Shown: in pieces, positions 8,529 to 16,631 of the stretch
How the letters are laid out: every line of letters begins with the position of its first letter
Position numbering within the stretch: the first letter of the stretch is position 1
Assembly: GCA_024275365.1 (NCBI GenBank)
Contig: JAJRZG010000157.1
Location: 18-64,017, forward strand
Reading direction: 5' to 3'
Length of the DNA stretch: 64,000 nt
DNA from: Planctomycetota bacterium
GTDB taxonomy: Bacteria; Planctomycetota; Phycisphaerae; Phycisphaerales; UBA1924
Translations under genes and position numbers: made by a program
The notes under the pieces: generated by a model
Told to the model about the DNA's origin: nothing
Databases searched by the model: none
Seen by the model: only the letters and a program-made list of their open reading frames with translations

Positions 8529-9983
8529 ATGCCCGATCTTTCCCAACTCCGCGACACGCTTGATGCCATCGGGCAGAGCCACATACTCGCGTCCTTTGAC
8601 GGGCTCAGGCCCGATCAGCAGCGGTCTCTCCTTGAGCAGTTGAGGGGGCTTGATCTGTGTGCCCTGCCCGGGCTTATCGCGGCTTATGTCACGAGTCCTC
8701 CCTGTGTTGCTATGCCAGATGACATCCAGCCTGCGCCGTACTACCCCAATGACCCGGCATCAGCTTTCAGGAGTTGGGACAGGGATCACTTTCGCGCTGC
8801 GGGGGAGGCGTTGCTGCGGGCGGGAAAGGTCGCGTGCTTTACGGTAGCGGGTGGGCAGGGGACACGGCTTGGGTATGAGGGACCCAAGGGGTGCTACCCG
8901 GCGGGTGCTGTCACGGGAAGGCCGCTCTTTCAGTTCTTTGCTGAGGCAATCGCCAAGACGGGTAAGAAGTATGGGAAGATGCCGCCCTGGTACATCATGA
9001 CGAGCCCGCTCAACCACGAGTCGACGGTGGCGTATTTCGAGGCGCATGAGTATTTCGGGCTCTCGCGTGACGGGGTCTCGTTCTTTCCGCAGGGGGTGAT
9101 GCCGAGCTTTGATATCGCGACCGGCAGGGTGCTCATGGCGAGTTGTGAGAGGATCGCGACCAACCCGGACGGGCACGGCGGGTCGCTCAAGGCGCTCAGT
9201 GTTTCAGGAGCACTTGCAGACATGAAGGCGCGGGGGGTTGAGCATATCAGTTACTTCCAGGTGGACAACCCGATTGTGCGGGTAGCAGATCCGGTGTTTC
9301 TGGGGTTGCACGCGGCGGCGCCGGATTCATCGGGTGAGATGTCTTCCAAGATGCTCGCCAAGGCGTACGCGGAAGAGAAACTGGGGATGTTCTGCCTTGG
9401 GGATGGGAAGCTGCAGATCATTGAGTATTCAGACCTGCCTATGGAGCGGCAGCGGGAGCGGCTTGAGGATGGTCGGCTGCGGTTTCTTGCGGGGAGCCCG
9501 GCGATCCACATCCTGAGTGTGGCGTTTGTCGAGAAGGTCAACGCCGATCCGAAGTATGCGTTGCCGTACCACCGGGCGGAGAAGAAGGTGCCCTGCATCG
9601 ACCCCGCGACCGGCGAGGCGATCGAGCCGGAGTCTCCCAATGGTGTCAAGCTCGAGCGGTTTGTGTTTGATGCGATAGTGCTTGCCGAGCGGTCGATCGT
9701 GTATGAGGCTGACCGTGTTGAGGAGTTTGCCCCGATCAAGAACGCTGAGGGGACTGACAGCCCGCAGACCAGCCGGGAGATACAGACGCTGCGGGCAGCG
9801 CGGTGGCTTGGGAGTGTGGGGGTTGAGGTGCCCTGGCTTGAGGGGACTGATGCTGAGGGCAACGGGTGCAAGAGGCCTGATTGCACGATCGAGTTGAGCC
9901 CGCTGACCGGGGTCGAGGCTGCGGACCTGTGCGGGGCGTGTGCTGGGCTTGAGATTGCGCGGGGTTCACGGTGTGTGATCTGA
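8529..9983 (+). CDS. UDP-N-acetylglucosamine (UDP-sugar) pyrophosphorylase, eukaryote-type UDPGP family
   Basis: VAGGQGTRLGYEGPKGCYP nucleotide-binding loop, MTSPLNHESTVAYFEAHEYFGL, FFPQGVMP, DGHGG. UAP1/UDPGP family architecture. Confidence 0.8.
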   Translation: MPDLSQLRDTLDAIGQSHILASFDGLRPDQQRSLLEQLRGLDLCALPGLIAAYVTSPPCVAMPDDIQPAPYYPNDPASAFRSWDRDHFRAAGEALLRAGKVACFTVAGGQGTRLGYEGPKGCYPAGAVTGRPLFQFFAEAIAKTGKKYGKMPPWYIMTSPLNHESTVAYFEAHEYFGLSRDGVSFFPQGVMPSFDIATGRVLMASCERIATNPDGHGGSLKALSVSGALADMKARGVEHISYFQVDNPIVRVADPVFLGLHAAAPDSSGEMSSKMLAKAYAEEKLGMFCLGDGKLQIIEYSDLPMERQRERLEDGRLRFLAGSPAIHILSVAFVEKVNADPKYALPYHRAEKKVPCIDPATGEAIEPESPNGVKLERFVFDAIVLAERSIVYEADRVEEFAPIKNAEGTDSPQTSREIQTLRAARWLGSVGVEVPWLEGTDAEGNGCKRPDCTIELSPLTGVEAADLCGACAGLEIARGSRCVI

Positions 9984-10063
9984 AAGCCTTGGGAGCGGGA
10001 GCATCTGGACGGCCAGGATGGCCGTGGCACACAGTGTATGTAGGTGCTTGGAGGGAGTTCAGG

Positions 10064-10123
10064 AAGGCGGGCGGGGATGCCCACCCCACTGAGAAAGGCG
10101 GGCAGGGATGTCCACCCTACAGG
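10064..10123. repeat. two tandem degenerate copies of repeat family D (AGGCGGGCrrGAyGyCCACCCyAC)
   Basis: 10064-10093 and 10095-10123. Related copies at 20698..20726, 25519..25550 (inside ispA) and 31780..31810. Confidence 0.7.
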
Positions 10124-10605
10124 ATATCTCGGAAGCGGCCGGTGTGGAGGCCCCAGGTGGTGTGGACGATGCGGGTGATGACCAAGGCGCAGGCAAAGGC
10201 GGTGAAGAACGCCCAGCCATGAGACCAGCCGAGGTGCTGGAGGGCGTACATCGAGCCCATGGCGATGAGGTAGTAGAGCGGTGAGAGGATGGCCCGCTCA
10301 AACTGGATGAGCGAGGCATCGCGGAAAAAGGAGCGATCGGGAGAAGGCATGGGTGCCTTTTTCCAGGGGGGGTTCCAGTGGTTGGCGACCCAGTGCAAGG
10401 CGTAATAGAGGATGACATCGATGACCATGTCGATGCCCCCCGCTGCGAGGGTGATGAGGAACTTGTTCTCTTCACCGATGAGGCGGCCGATGAGGACGAC
10501 CGGGTATTTGGCGATGATGACAGCGAGGAATCCGGCTGTGAGGATATTGGTATTGATGTTGATGATGCGCTTGCGTTGGTAGAGCTCGAAGAGCCGGGTG
10601 GGCAT
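10117..10605 (-). CDS. polytopic membrane protein (hypothetical)
   Basis: About four hydrophobic helices and protein-like composition. Start chosen at MPTRLFELY; the track ORF begins at 10638. Confidence 0.5.
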   Translation of the reverse strand: MPTRLFELYQRKRIININTNILTAGFLAVIIAKYPVVLIGRLIGEENKFLITLAAGGIDMVIDVILYYALHWVANHWNPPWKKAPMPSPDRSFFRDASLIQFERAILSPLYYLIAMGSMYALQHLGWSHGWAFFTAFACALVITRIVHTTWGLHTGRFRDIL

Positions 10606-10717
10606 GAGGCAGTCTCCTGCGGGCTGGAAGGCCTGCACTCCTGTCAGCTGGGGGTGGTCGTCTCGTCATGGCCACCCAGAGCTGTGGCCATGGGCACCCA
10701 TGCAAGGCACATCGCAG

Positions 10718-12073
10718 TCAGCCGTTGGTTGATCCCTCGACTGGACCACGACCGACGGAGATATAGTCAAAGCCAAGGGTTGCCATATCGGGTCGCCGGT
10801 AAAGGTTTCGGCCATCGAAGATTGCGGGGCCTCGCATGACCGATGCCAGGCGGGGGAAGTCGGGGCTCTTAAACTCGTCCCAGTCGGTGCAGATGACGAT
10901 GCCGTCGGCACCCTCGGCAGCGGCGTAGATCGAGTCGGCGATGGTGAGTTTGTCGCCAAACTCTGCTTTGGCGTTGCTGGCGGCGACGGGGTCGAAGCCC
11001 ACACACTCGATGCCGTGCTCGAGGGCTTTGCGGACGAGGGTGAGCGCGGGGACTTGGCGGATATCGTCTGTGCGGGGCTTGAAGGCGAGGCCCCAGAAGG
11101 CGAGTCGTTTGCCTGAGAGGCCGCCCTTGTCTGCGAAGTATTCGAGGACTTTGTCAAAGAAGCGGTCGCGTTGCTTCTGGTTGACCTCGTGGACGGCTCT
11201 TGAGAGCATCATGTCGAGGCCGGCGTTCTCGCCCATCATGATGCAGGCGGTGGTGTCTTTGGGGAAGCAGGAGCCGCCGTAGCCGAGGCCCGGGTAGAGG
11301 AACTGGTGCCCGATGCGGGCGTCTGCGCACATGCCCTCGCGGACGCGGTTGATGTTGGCACCGTAGCGTTCGCAGAGGTTTGCCATCTCGTTGATGAAGG
11401 AGATTTTGGTGGCAAGGAAGTTGTTTGAGGCGTACTTGACCATCTCGGAGCTGAGGATGTCCATGATGAAGATGGGGTGGCCGTTGCGGACGAAGGGGTC
11501 GTAGATATCGCGGAAGACTTCGCCGACCCAGTCCTCATCGACACCGACGACGACACGGTAGGGCTTGTTGAAGTCGCTGATGGCATCGCCCTCTTTGAGG
11601 AACTCGGGGTTGTCAGCGACGGCAAAGGGGATTTCGGGGCCGACGCGGTCGCGGATGCGCTGTTTGACGGCGAGTGTTGTGCCCACGGGGACGGTGGACT
11701 TCATGACGATGACCTTGGGCTTCTGGTCTGGGCCGAGGGCTTTGATAGCGTCGGCAAAGTCGTCGGCTGCGCCGTTGATGTAGGAGAGGTTGGTCTGGCC
11801 GTCGGGGCCTGTTGGTGTGCCGACACAGACGAAGACCATATCGGCATCGCGGTAGGCCTCTGTCTTGTCTGTTGAGTATCGGAGGCGGCCTGCGGCGTGG
11901 TTGCGTTCCATCAACTCGGTGAGCCCGGGTTCGTAGATAGGGCAGATACCCTCGCGGAGCTTGGCGATCTTGGACTCATCGATATCGAGGCATGTGACCT
12001 CGACGCCGGTGTTTGAGAAACAGACGCCGGTGACAAGCCCGACATACCCAGTACCAACCATGGTCATACGCAT
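10718..12073 (-). CDS. ugd: UDP-glucose 6-dehydrogenase
   Basis: MRMTMVGTGYVGLVTGVCFSNTGVEVTCLDID Rossmann start, GGSCFPKD catalytic Cys motif, C-terminal UDP-binding domain. The track ORF 10718..13144 is chimeric: its first ~350 aa are antisense to the methyltransferase. Confidence 0.9.
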   Translation of the reverse strand: MRMTMVGTGYVGLVTGVCFSNTGVEVTCLDIDESKIAKLREGICPIYEPGLTELMERNHAAGRLRYSTDKTEAYRDADMVFVCVGTPTGPDGQTNLSYINGAADDFADAIKALGPDQKPKVIVMKSTVPVGTTLAVKQRIRDRVGPEIPFAVADNPEFLKEGDAISDFNKPYRVVVGVDEDWVGEVFRDIYDPFVRNGHPIFIMDILSSEMVKYASNNFLATKISFINEMANLCERYGANINRVREGMCADARIGHQFLYPGLGYGGSCFPKDTTACIMMGENAGLDMMLSRAVHEVNQKQRDRFFDKVLEYFADKGGLSGKRLAFWGLAFKPRTDDIRQVPALTLVRKALEHGIECVGFDPVAASNAKAEFGDKLTIADSIYAAAEGADGIVICTDWDEFKSPDFPRLASVMRGPAIFDGRNLYRRPDMATLGFDYISVGRGPVEGSTNG

Positions 12074-12184
12074 CGTGCGGTTCCTTCTACTCTGAGGTGG
12101 AGGCGAGTATACGCCCGTGGTGGGAGAGACGGGGTACCTGCTGGGTGTGCGTTGGGTGGGTTCGCCCGCTACACTCTCCGCCCT

Positions 12185-13021
12185 ATGGCAAGACCAACCA
12201 AGAAGAAGCGGAAGAAGAAGGCCAAGCTGACCGCAGCGACGGCCGATCGGCACATCCTCTATGGGCTGAGCGTGCAGAATGTCGAGGCGGAGATTGACTT
12301 TGTCGATGCGACCTATGAGGAGCTGCGAGGGCGGAAGGCTGTCACAGTCCGCGAAGATTTTTGCGGCACCGCCAGCTCGGCGTGCGAGTGGGTGAAGCGG
12401 CGCGAGGGGAACCGGGCGGTCGCGGTTGACCTGTGTGAAGAGACCCTCGCGTGGGGCCGTGAGCACAATCTCTCGAAGCTGACTGATGAACAGCGGGATT
12501 CGATCACGCTGCTCAAGCGGAATGTGCTCGACCCCGGCCCCGAGGGCATGGGGGTTGATGTCGTGCTGGCGATGAACTTCAGCTACTGGATCTTTGTGAA
12601 GCGGACGGAGATCGTCGAATACTTTAAGACGGTGCGGGCGTCGCTGCCAGAGGACGGGATGTTCATCCTCGACCATTACGGCGGGTCGGACGCGCTGACC
12701 GAGTGCGAAGAAGACCGGGAGATGGACGACTTTACCTATGTCTGGGATCAGCACAGCTACAACCCGATCAACGGCGAGATGACTTGTTACATCCACTTCA
12801 AGTTTAACGACGGGACGAAGATGAAGCGGGCGTTTGAGTATCACTGGCGGCACTACACGCTGCCGGAGATTCAGGACTGTTTGCGGGATGCCGGGTTTGG
12901 GAAGGTGACGGTCTATTGGGAGGGCGAGGACGACGAGGGCGAGGGGAATGGGGAGTTTTTCCCTTGCGAGACGGGGGATGCCGACATGGCGTTTATCACC
13001 TACATCGTGGCCGAGCCCTGA
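12185..13021 (+). CDS. class I SAM-dependent methyltransferase with K/R-rich N-terminus
   Basis: VREDFCGTASSACEW (motif I-like), VDVVLAMNFSYWIF, LPEDGMFILD. Start at MARPTKKKRKKK. Confidence 0.7.
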   Translation: MARPTKKKRKKKAKLTAATADRHILYGLSVQNVEAEIDFVDATYEELRGRKAVTVREDFCGTASSACEWVKRREGNRAVAVDLCEETLAWGREHNLSKLTDEQRDSITLLKRNVLDPGPEGMGVDVVLAMNFSYWIFVKRTEIVEYFKTVRASLPEDGMFILDHYGGSDALTECEEDREMDDFTYVWDQHSYNPINGEMTCYIHFKFNDGTKMKRAFEYHWRHYTLPEIQDCLRDAGFGKVTVYWEGEDDEGEGNGEFFPCETGDADMAFITYIVAEP

Positions 13022-13200
13022 AGCCTTGCCGGGTGCCATGGCCATGGCTCGGCATGGCCATGACCAGAGCGAAGGTATAAAGACAGTTTCACCGCAGAGA
13101 ACGCGGAGAACGCGGAGCAAAGGCAGAAAGAGACATGGTGGCACAGCCCTTGTGGTGCGGGCTTCCAGCCTGCACAGCCGCTCCGAGCCGTGCGTGAAGA

Positions 13201-13224
13201 TCGTCCCGGAGGGACGAACTACCC
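13201..13224. repeat. repeat family B (TCGTCCCGGAGGGACGAAsTACCC)
   Basis: GTCCC-GGA-GGGAC hairpin. Copies at 13201, 15338, 18603 and a variant at 29264. Confidence 0.75.
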
Positions 13225-13343
13225 GAGGGCACGAGTTTCAAGCGGGATCCGCATCACTGCGCGGCAGGAGGGGATGGAGAAGGAGAGAAGCAAGAGGCCG
13301 CGAGTGATGGCACCGGGTGCAGAGGTTTGCACCGGCTTCCCGC

Positions 13344-13417
13344 AACTCTCCAAGGCCGTCTCTGAACTCCTCAAGGCCGTCCCTGAACTCTCCAGGGCCG
13401 TGCCTGAACTCTCCATC
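13344..13417 (+). repeat. 3.5 copies of a 21-bp tandem repeat (AACTCyyCArGGCCGTsyCTG)
   Basis: Units at 13344, 13365 and 13386 plus a partial unit, in the 735-bp intergenic region upstream of the FG-GAP gene. Confidence 0.85.
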
Positions 13418-13756
13418 GACGGCGATAGATTTCCTATTTTCACACTCCGGCCTCCAAAGAGGGGTCTCCAACGGCCCGGCCCCACGCACGATTGGCTCAT
13501 GATCGACGCAGATGCCGTCACAATCGACGCAGAACGCCGCACGATCGCCTAGGAGACCGAGGAAGACATGGCTTTCAATACCCCGGGGGAAAGAGGCTCA
13601 AGGCGCAAGCCTGAGCTATCGTCCGACCATCAGCCCCATGGGTTCACCTTGGCCAGTCACAAATTCGGGCTACTCGCTTGCACGAGCCCCGATTTCGTTT
13701 ACAATGAGCCAGCGACCCTCGATCGGTCAGAGATCCCCAAAGCACGAAGCAGACCC

Positions 13757-15175
13757 ATGCACGCCCACGCCCCCCGCCACCCCGGCACACGCCGTTTCAT
13801 GCTCGCCGCCTTTGCAGCCGGAATCGTCGCCGTCATCGCCCCGGCCTGGGGGCAGGTGATCAATGAAGATTTCAAGATCCTGGCAAGCGACGGGACGGTG
13901 TACGACTACTTCGGCTACTCCGTCTCCGTGAGCGGCGAGACCGCCGTGGTCGGGGCGTACCTCGACGACGACCTCGGCGACCGCTCCGGCTCGGCGTATG
14001 TCTTCGAGAAAGTGGGGGGCGTCTGGACGCAGCAGGCCAAGCTGCTCGCCTCCGACGGGGCGATGCACGACTACTTCGGCCTCTCCGTCTCCGTGAGCGG
14101 CGAGACCGCCGTGGTCGGGGCGTACCTCGACGACGACCTCGGCGACCGCTCCGGCTCGGCGTATGTCTTCGAGAGGGTGGGGGGCGTCTGGACGCAGCAG
14201 GCCAAGCTGCTCGCCTCCGACGGGGCGACGCACGACAGGTTCGGTTGGTCCGTTTCCGTGAGCGGCGAGACCGCCGTGGTCGGAGCGTGGCGCGACGACG
14301 ACAACGGCTTCAACTCCGGCTCGGCGTATGTCTTCGAGAAGGTGGGGGGCGTCTGGACGCAGCAGGCCAAGCTGCTCCCCTCCGACGGGGAGGTGTACGA
14401 CAGGTTCGGCTGGTCCGTCTCCGTGAGCGGCGAGACCGCCGTGGTCGGGGCGTATGACGACGATAACAACGGCACCAGATCCGGCTCGGCGTATGTCTTC
14501 GAGAAGGTGGGGGGCGTCTGGACGCAGCAGGCCAAACTGCTCCCCTCCGACGGGGCGGGGGGCGACCATTTCGGCCTCTCCGTCTCCGTGAGCGGCGAGA
14601 CCGCCGTGGTCGGGGCGTACCTCGACGACGACAACGGCCTCGGTTCCGGCTCGGCGTATGTCTTCGAGAAAGTGGGGGGCGTCTGGACGCAGCAGGCCAA
14701 GCTGCTCGCCTCCGACGGGGTGCAGCGGGATTACTTCGGCTTCTCCGTCTCCGTGAGCGGCGACACCGCCGTGGTCGGGGCGTATGGCGACGACGACAAC
14801 GGCACCAGCTCCGGCTCGGCGTATGTCTTCGAGAAGGTGGGGGGCGTCTGGACGCAGCAGGTCAAGATGCTTCCCTCCTACATGTTGGGGAACGACGAGT
14901 TCGGCGACTCCGTCTCCGTGAGCGGCGAGACCGCCGTGGTCGGGGCGCACCTCGACGACGACAACGGCAACAACTCCGGCTCGGCGTATGTGTTTGATCT
15001 CGGTGGCTGCCCTGCGGACCTGACCGGCGATGGCGTCGTCAACACCCAGGACTTCATCGCCTTCCTCGGCGCGTGGTCGGCTGGTGAGCCGATCGCAGAT
15101 TGGAACAACGACGGAGTGATCAACACGCAGGACTTCGTCGCCTTCCTCGGTGACTGGGCAGCGGGGTGCCCCTGA
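13757..15175 (+). CDS. secreted FG-GAP-type seven-repeat (beta-propeller) protein with C-terminal double dockerin/EF-hand-like module
   Basis: Signal-like MHAHAPRHPGTRRFMLAAFAAGIVAVIAPAWGQ. Seven units of DxFGxSVSVSGETAVVGAyxDDDxGxxSGSAYVFEKVGGVWTQQAKLLxSDG. The tail is CPADLTGDGVVNTQDFIAFLGAW...WNNDGVINTQDFVAFLGDWAAGCP. Confidence 0.8.
   Translation: MHAHAPRHPGTRRFMLAAFAAGIVAVIAPAWGQVINEDFKILASDGTVYDYFGYSVSVSGETAVVGAYLDDDLGDRSGSAYVFEKVGGVWTQQAKLLASDGAMHDYFGLSVSVSGETAVVGAYLDDDLGDRSGSAYVFERVGGVWTQQAKLLASDGATHDRFGWSVSVSGETAVVGAWRDDDNGFNSGSAYVFEKVGGVWTQQAKLLPSDGEVYDRFGWSVSVSGETAVVGAYDDDNNGTRSGSAYVFEKVGGVWTQQAKLLPSDGAGGDHFGLSVSVSGETAVVGAYLDDDNGLGSGSAYVFEKVGGVWTQQAKLLASDGVQRDYFGFSVSVSGDTAVVGAYGDDDNGTSSGSAYVFEKVGGVWTQQVKMLPSYMLGNDEFGDSVSVSGETAVVGAHLDDDNGNNSGSAYVFDLGGCPADLTGDGVVNTQDFIAFLGAWSAGEPIADWNNDGVINTQDFVAFLGDWAAGCP
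13889..14995 (+). repeat. about 6.7 tandem copies of a 165-bp (55-codon) coding repeat
   Basis: Long stretches are nucleotide-identical between units, e.g. TCCGGCTCGGCGTATGTCTTCGAGAA(r)GTGGGGGGCGTCTGGACGCAGCAGGCCAAGCTGCTC. Confidence 0.9.
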
Positions 15176-15195
15176 CCAAAGCCTCGTACCCGTGC

Positions 15196-15231
15196 CACCA
15201 GTCGGACTCGGCTTTGAGAGTCCGACTGGTG
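15196..15231 (+). terminator. 13-bp perfect hairpin just after the FG-GAP gene (terminator candidate, no U-tract)
   Basis: CACCAGTCGGACT-cggctttgag-AGTCCGACTGGTG. A second CACCAGTCGG...CCGACTGGTG pair follows at about 15271-15310. Confidence 0.4.
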
Positions 15232-15337
15232 TCGGCATGTCGATGAAGGTACGCGCATCGTGCCGGGGATGCACCAGTCGGTTCCGCAGAGCCTCCACCG
15301 ACTGGTGGCACACCCCCTCACCCACTCACCACTCACC

Positions 15338-15361
15338 TCGTCCCGGAGGGACGAACTACCC
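15338..15361. repeat. repeat family B copy
   Basis: TCGTCCCGGAGGGACGAACTACCC, identical to 13201..13224. Followed by CACGGCTC-GGAGA-GCCGTG palindromes (15368-15413). Confidence 0.75.
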
Positions 15362-15429
15362 CCTCACCGCCGCACGGCTCGGAGAGCCGTGCCACCGGGA
15401 GAGCCGTGCCACCCTCCCTACCCTCCACC

Positions 15430-16461
15430 ATGTCTCAACCCTTCCTCGATATCCCCGCTGAGCTCACCCCCCAACTCGCCCCGGTGCAGGCCATGCTTGA
15501 AGAGGGCCTCACCCGGGTCGAGCAACGCTTTGATGAGCACTTGGCGTCGGACCTGCTGCCGGTGGAGCGGTTGTGTGGGCATATTGAGCGGTATCGGGGC
15601 AAAATGCTGCGGCCATCGCTCGTCATGCTCTGCGGCCTTGCATGCGGCGACACGGTGATCTACGACGAGCATGTCACGCTCGCAGCGGTCTGCGAGATGG
15701 TGCATATGGCGACGCTCGTCCACGATGATGTGCTCGATGAGGCTGAGAACCGAAGGCGGGGGCGGACGGTCAACCACCTCTATGGCAACGAGGCGGCGGT
15801 GATCCTGGGCGACTATCTCATCGCGGCGGCGTATCACCTGTGTACGACGGTTGATTCGCTCGATGCGGCAAGGCTGATCGGTGAGGTGAGCATGACGCTC
15901 TGCGGCGGGGAGCTGCTGCAACTGCACTATCGCGATGATTTTTCGCTCGATGAGCCGACCTACTTTGCGATCCTTGAACGGAAGACGGCGGCGCTGATCG
16001 GGGTCTCGTGCAGGCTTGGGGCGCAGCTTGCGGGGGCAGAGGAAGGGACACAGGCGGCGCTCGAAACCTTTGGGCGGCGGCTGGGGGTTGCGTTCCAGAT
16101 TCAGGACGACCTGATCGACCTGACCGGGAGCGAGGCGGCTGCGGGCAAGAGTGTGGGGAAGGATCTGGAGAAGGGGAAGCTGACGCTGCCGGTGCTGCTG
16201 CACCTTGGGGCGATCGAACCCGAGGAGCGGGGCGGCTTTCTTGATCGGCTTGGCAAAGCGGGGCGGGGGGAGGCTGGGGCGCGAGAGGTGGCTGCGGGGC
16301 TGCGGGATGATCTGGTCGAGTCGGGGGCGGTCGAGGCGGCCCGGGCCAAGGCGAACGGCTTGGTGGGCGAGGCTCGGGGGTGGCTTGCGGGGCTGGCGGA
16401 GACACCAGCCAGGGAGATGCTGGACCTGATGGCGGCTGCGGTTGTGGGACGGGAGTTTTGA
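15430..16461 (+). CDS. long-chain polyprenyl diphosphate synthase (IspB/HepT-like)
   Basis: First DDxxD region LVHDDVLDEAENRRRG and second FQIQDDLIDL. Start moved to ATG 15430 (MSQPFLDI), because GTG 15406 lies inside a repeat element. Confidence 0.85.
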   Translation: MSQPFLDIPAELTPQLAPVQAMLEEGLTRVEQRFDEHLASDLLPVERLCGHIERYRGKMLRPSLVMLCGLACGDTVIYDEHVTLAAVCEMVHMATLVHDDVLDEAENRRRGRTVNHLYGNEAAVILGDYLIAAAYHLCTTVDSLDAARLIGEVSMTLCGGELLQLHYRDDFSLDEPTYFAILERKTAALIGVSCRLGAQLAGAEEGTQAALETFGRRLGVAFQIQDDLIDLTGSEAAAGKSVGKDLEKGKLTLPVLLHLGAIEPEERGGFLDRLGKAGRGEAGAREVAAGLRDDLVESGAVEAARAKANGLVGEARGWLAGLAETPAREMLDLMAAAVVGREF

Positions 16462-16469
16462 GGGGGATC

Positions 16470-16607
16470 GTGGGACCGCCTTCCAGGCGGTGCGCCAAGG
16501 GCATGGAGTCCCTTTTCAACGGGGCAGTTGTGCTCACGCAGGTAAGGAGACGCTGAGGGGGACAGCAGGAGGCGGATTGGGAGGCACCGGCTGGAAGCCG
16601 GTCCCAC
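16470..16607. repeat. 24-nt inverted repeat pair flanking about 90 nt, immediately upstream of tyrS
   Basis: GTGGGACCGCCTTCCAGGCGGTGC (16470-16493) versus the reverse complement of GCACCGGCTGGAAGCCGGTCCCAC (16584-16607): 22/24 match. Each arm is itself a small hairpin. Confidence 0.75.
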
Positions 16608-16631
16608 GGGTGGCTGCTATGGTCTGGCCCC

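Noticed and set aside
10718-13144. 808-aa - strand ORF
   Set aside because: It is chimeric. Only the C-terminal 451 aa (from MRMTMVGTGYVG) are UDP-glucose dehydrogenase. The N-terminal part is antisense to the methyltransferase at 12185..13021.
13727-15325. 532-aa - strand ORF
   Set aside because: It is antisense to the FG-GAP repeat gene. Its periodicity simply mirrors the coding repeat, and its composition is R/P/G/H-rich and not protein-like.
16470-16631. T-box riboswitch upstream of tyrS
   Set aside because: I could not find a conserved T-box sequence (AATTAGAGTGGNACCGCG-like), a specifier-loop context or a terminator/antiterminator pair. The structure is better explained as a repeat element.
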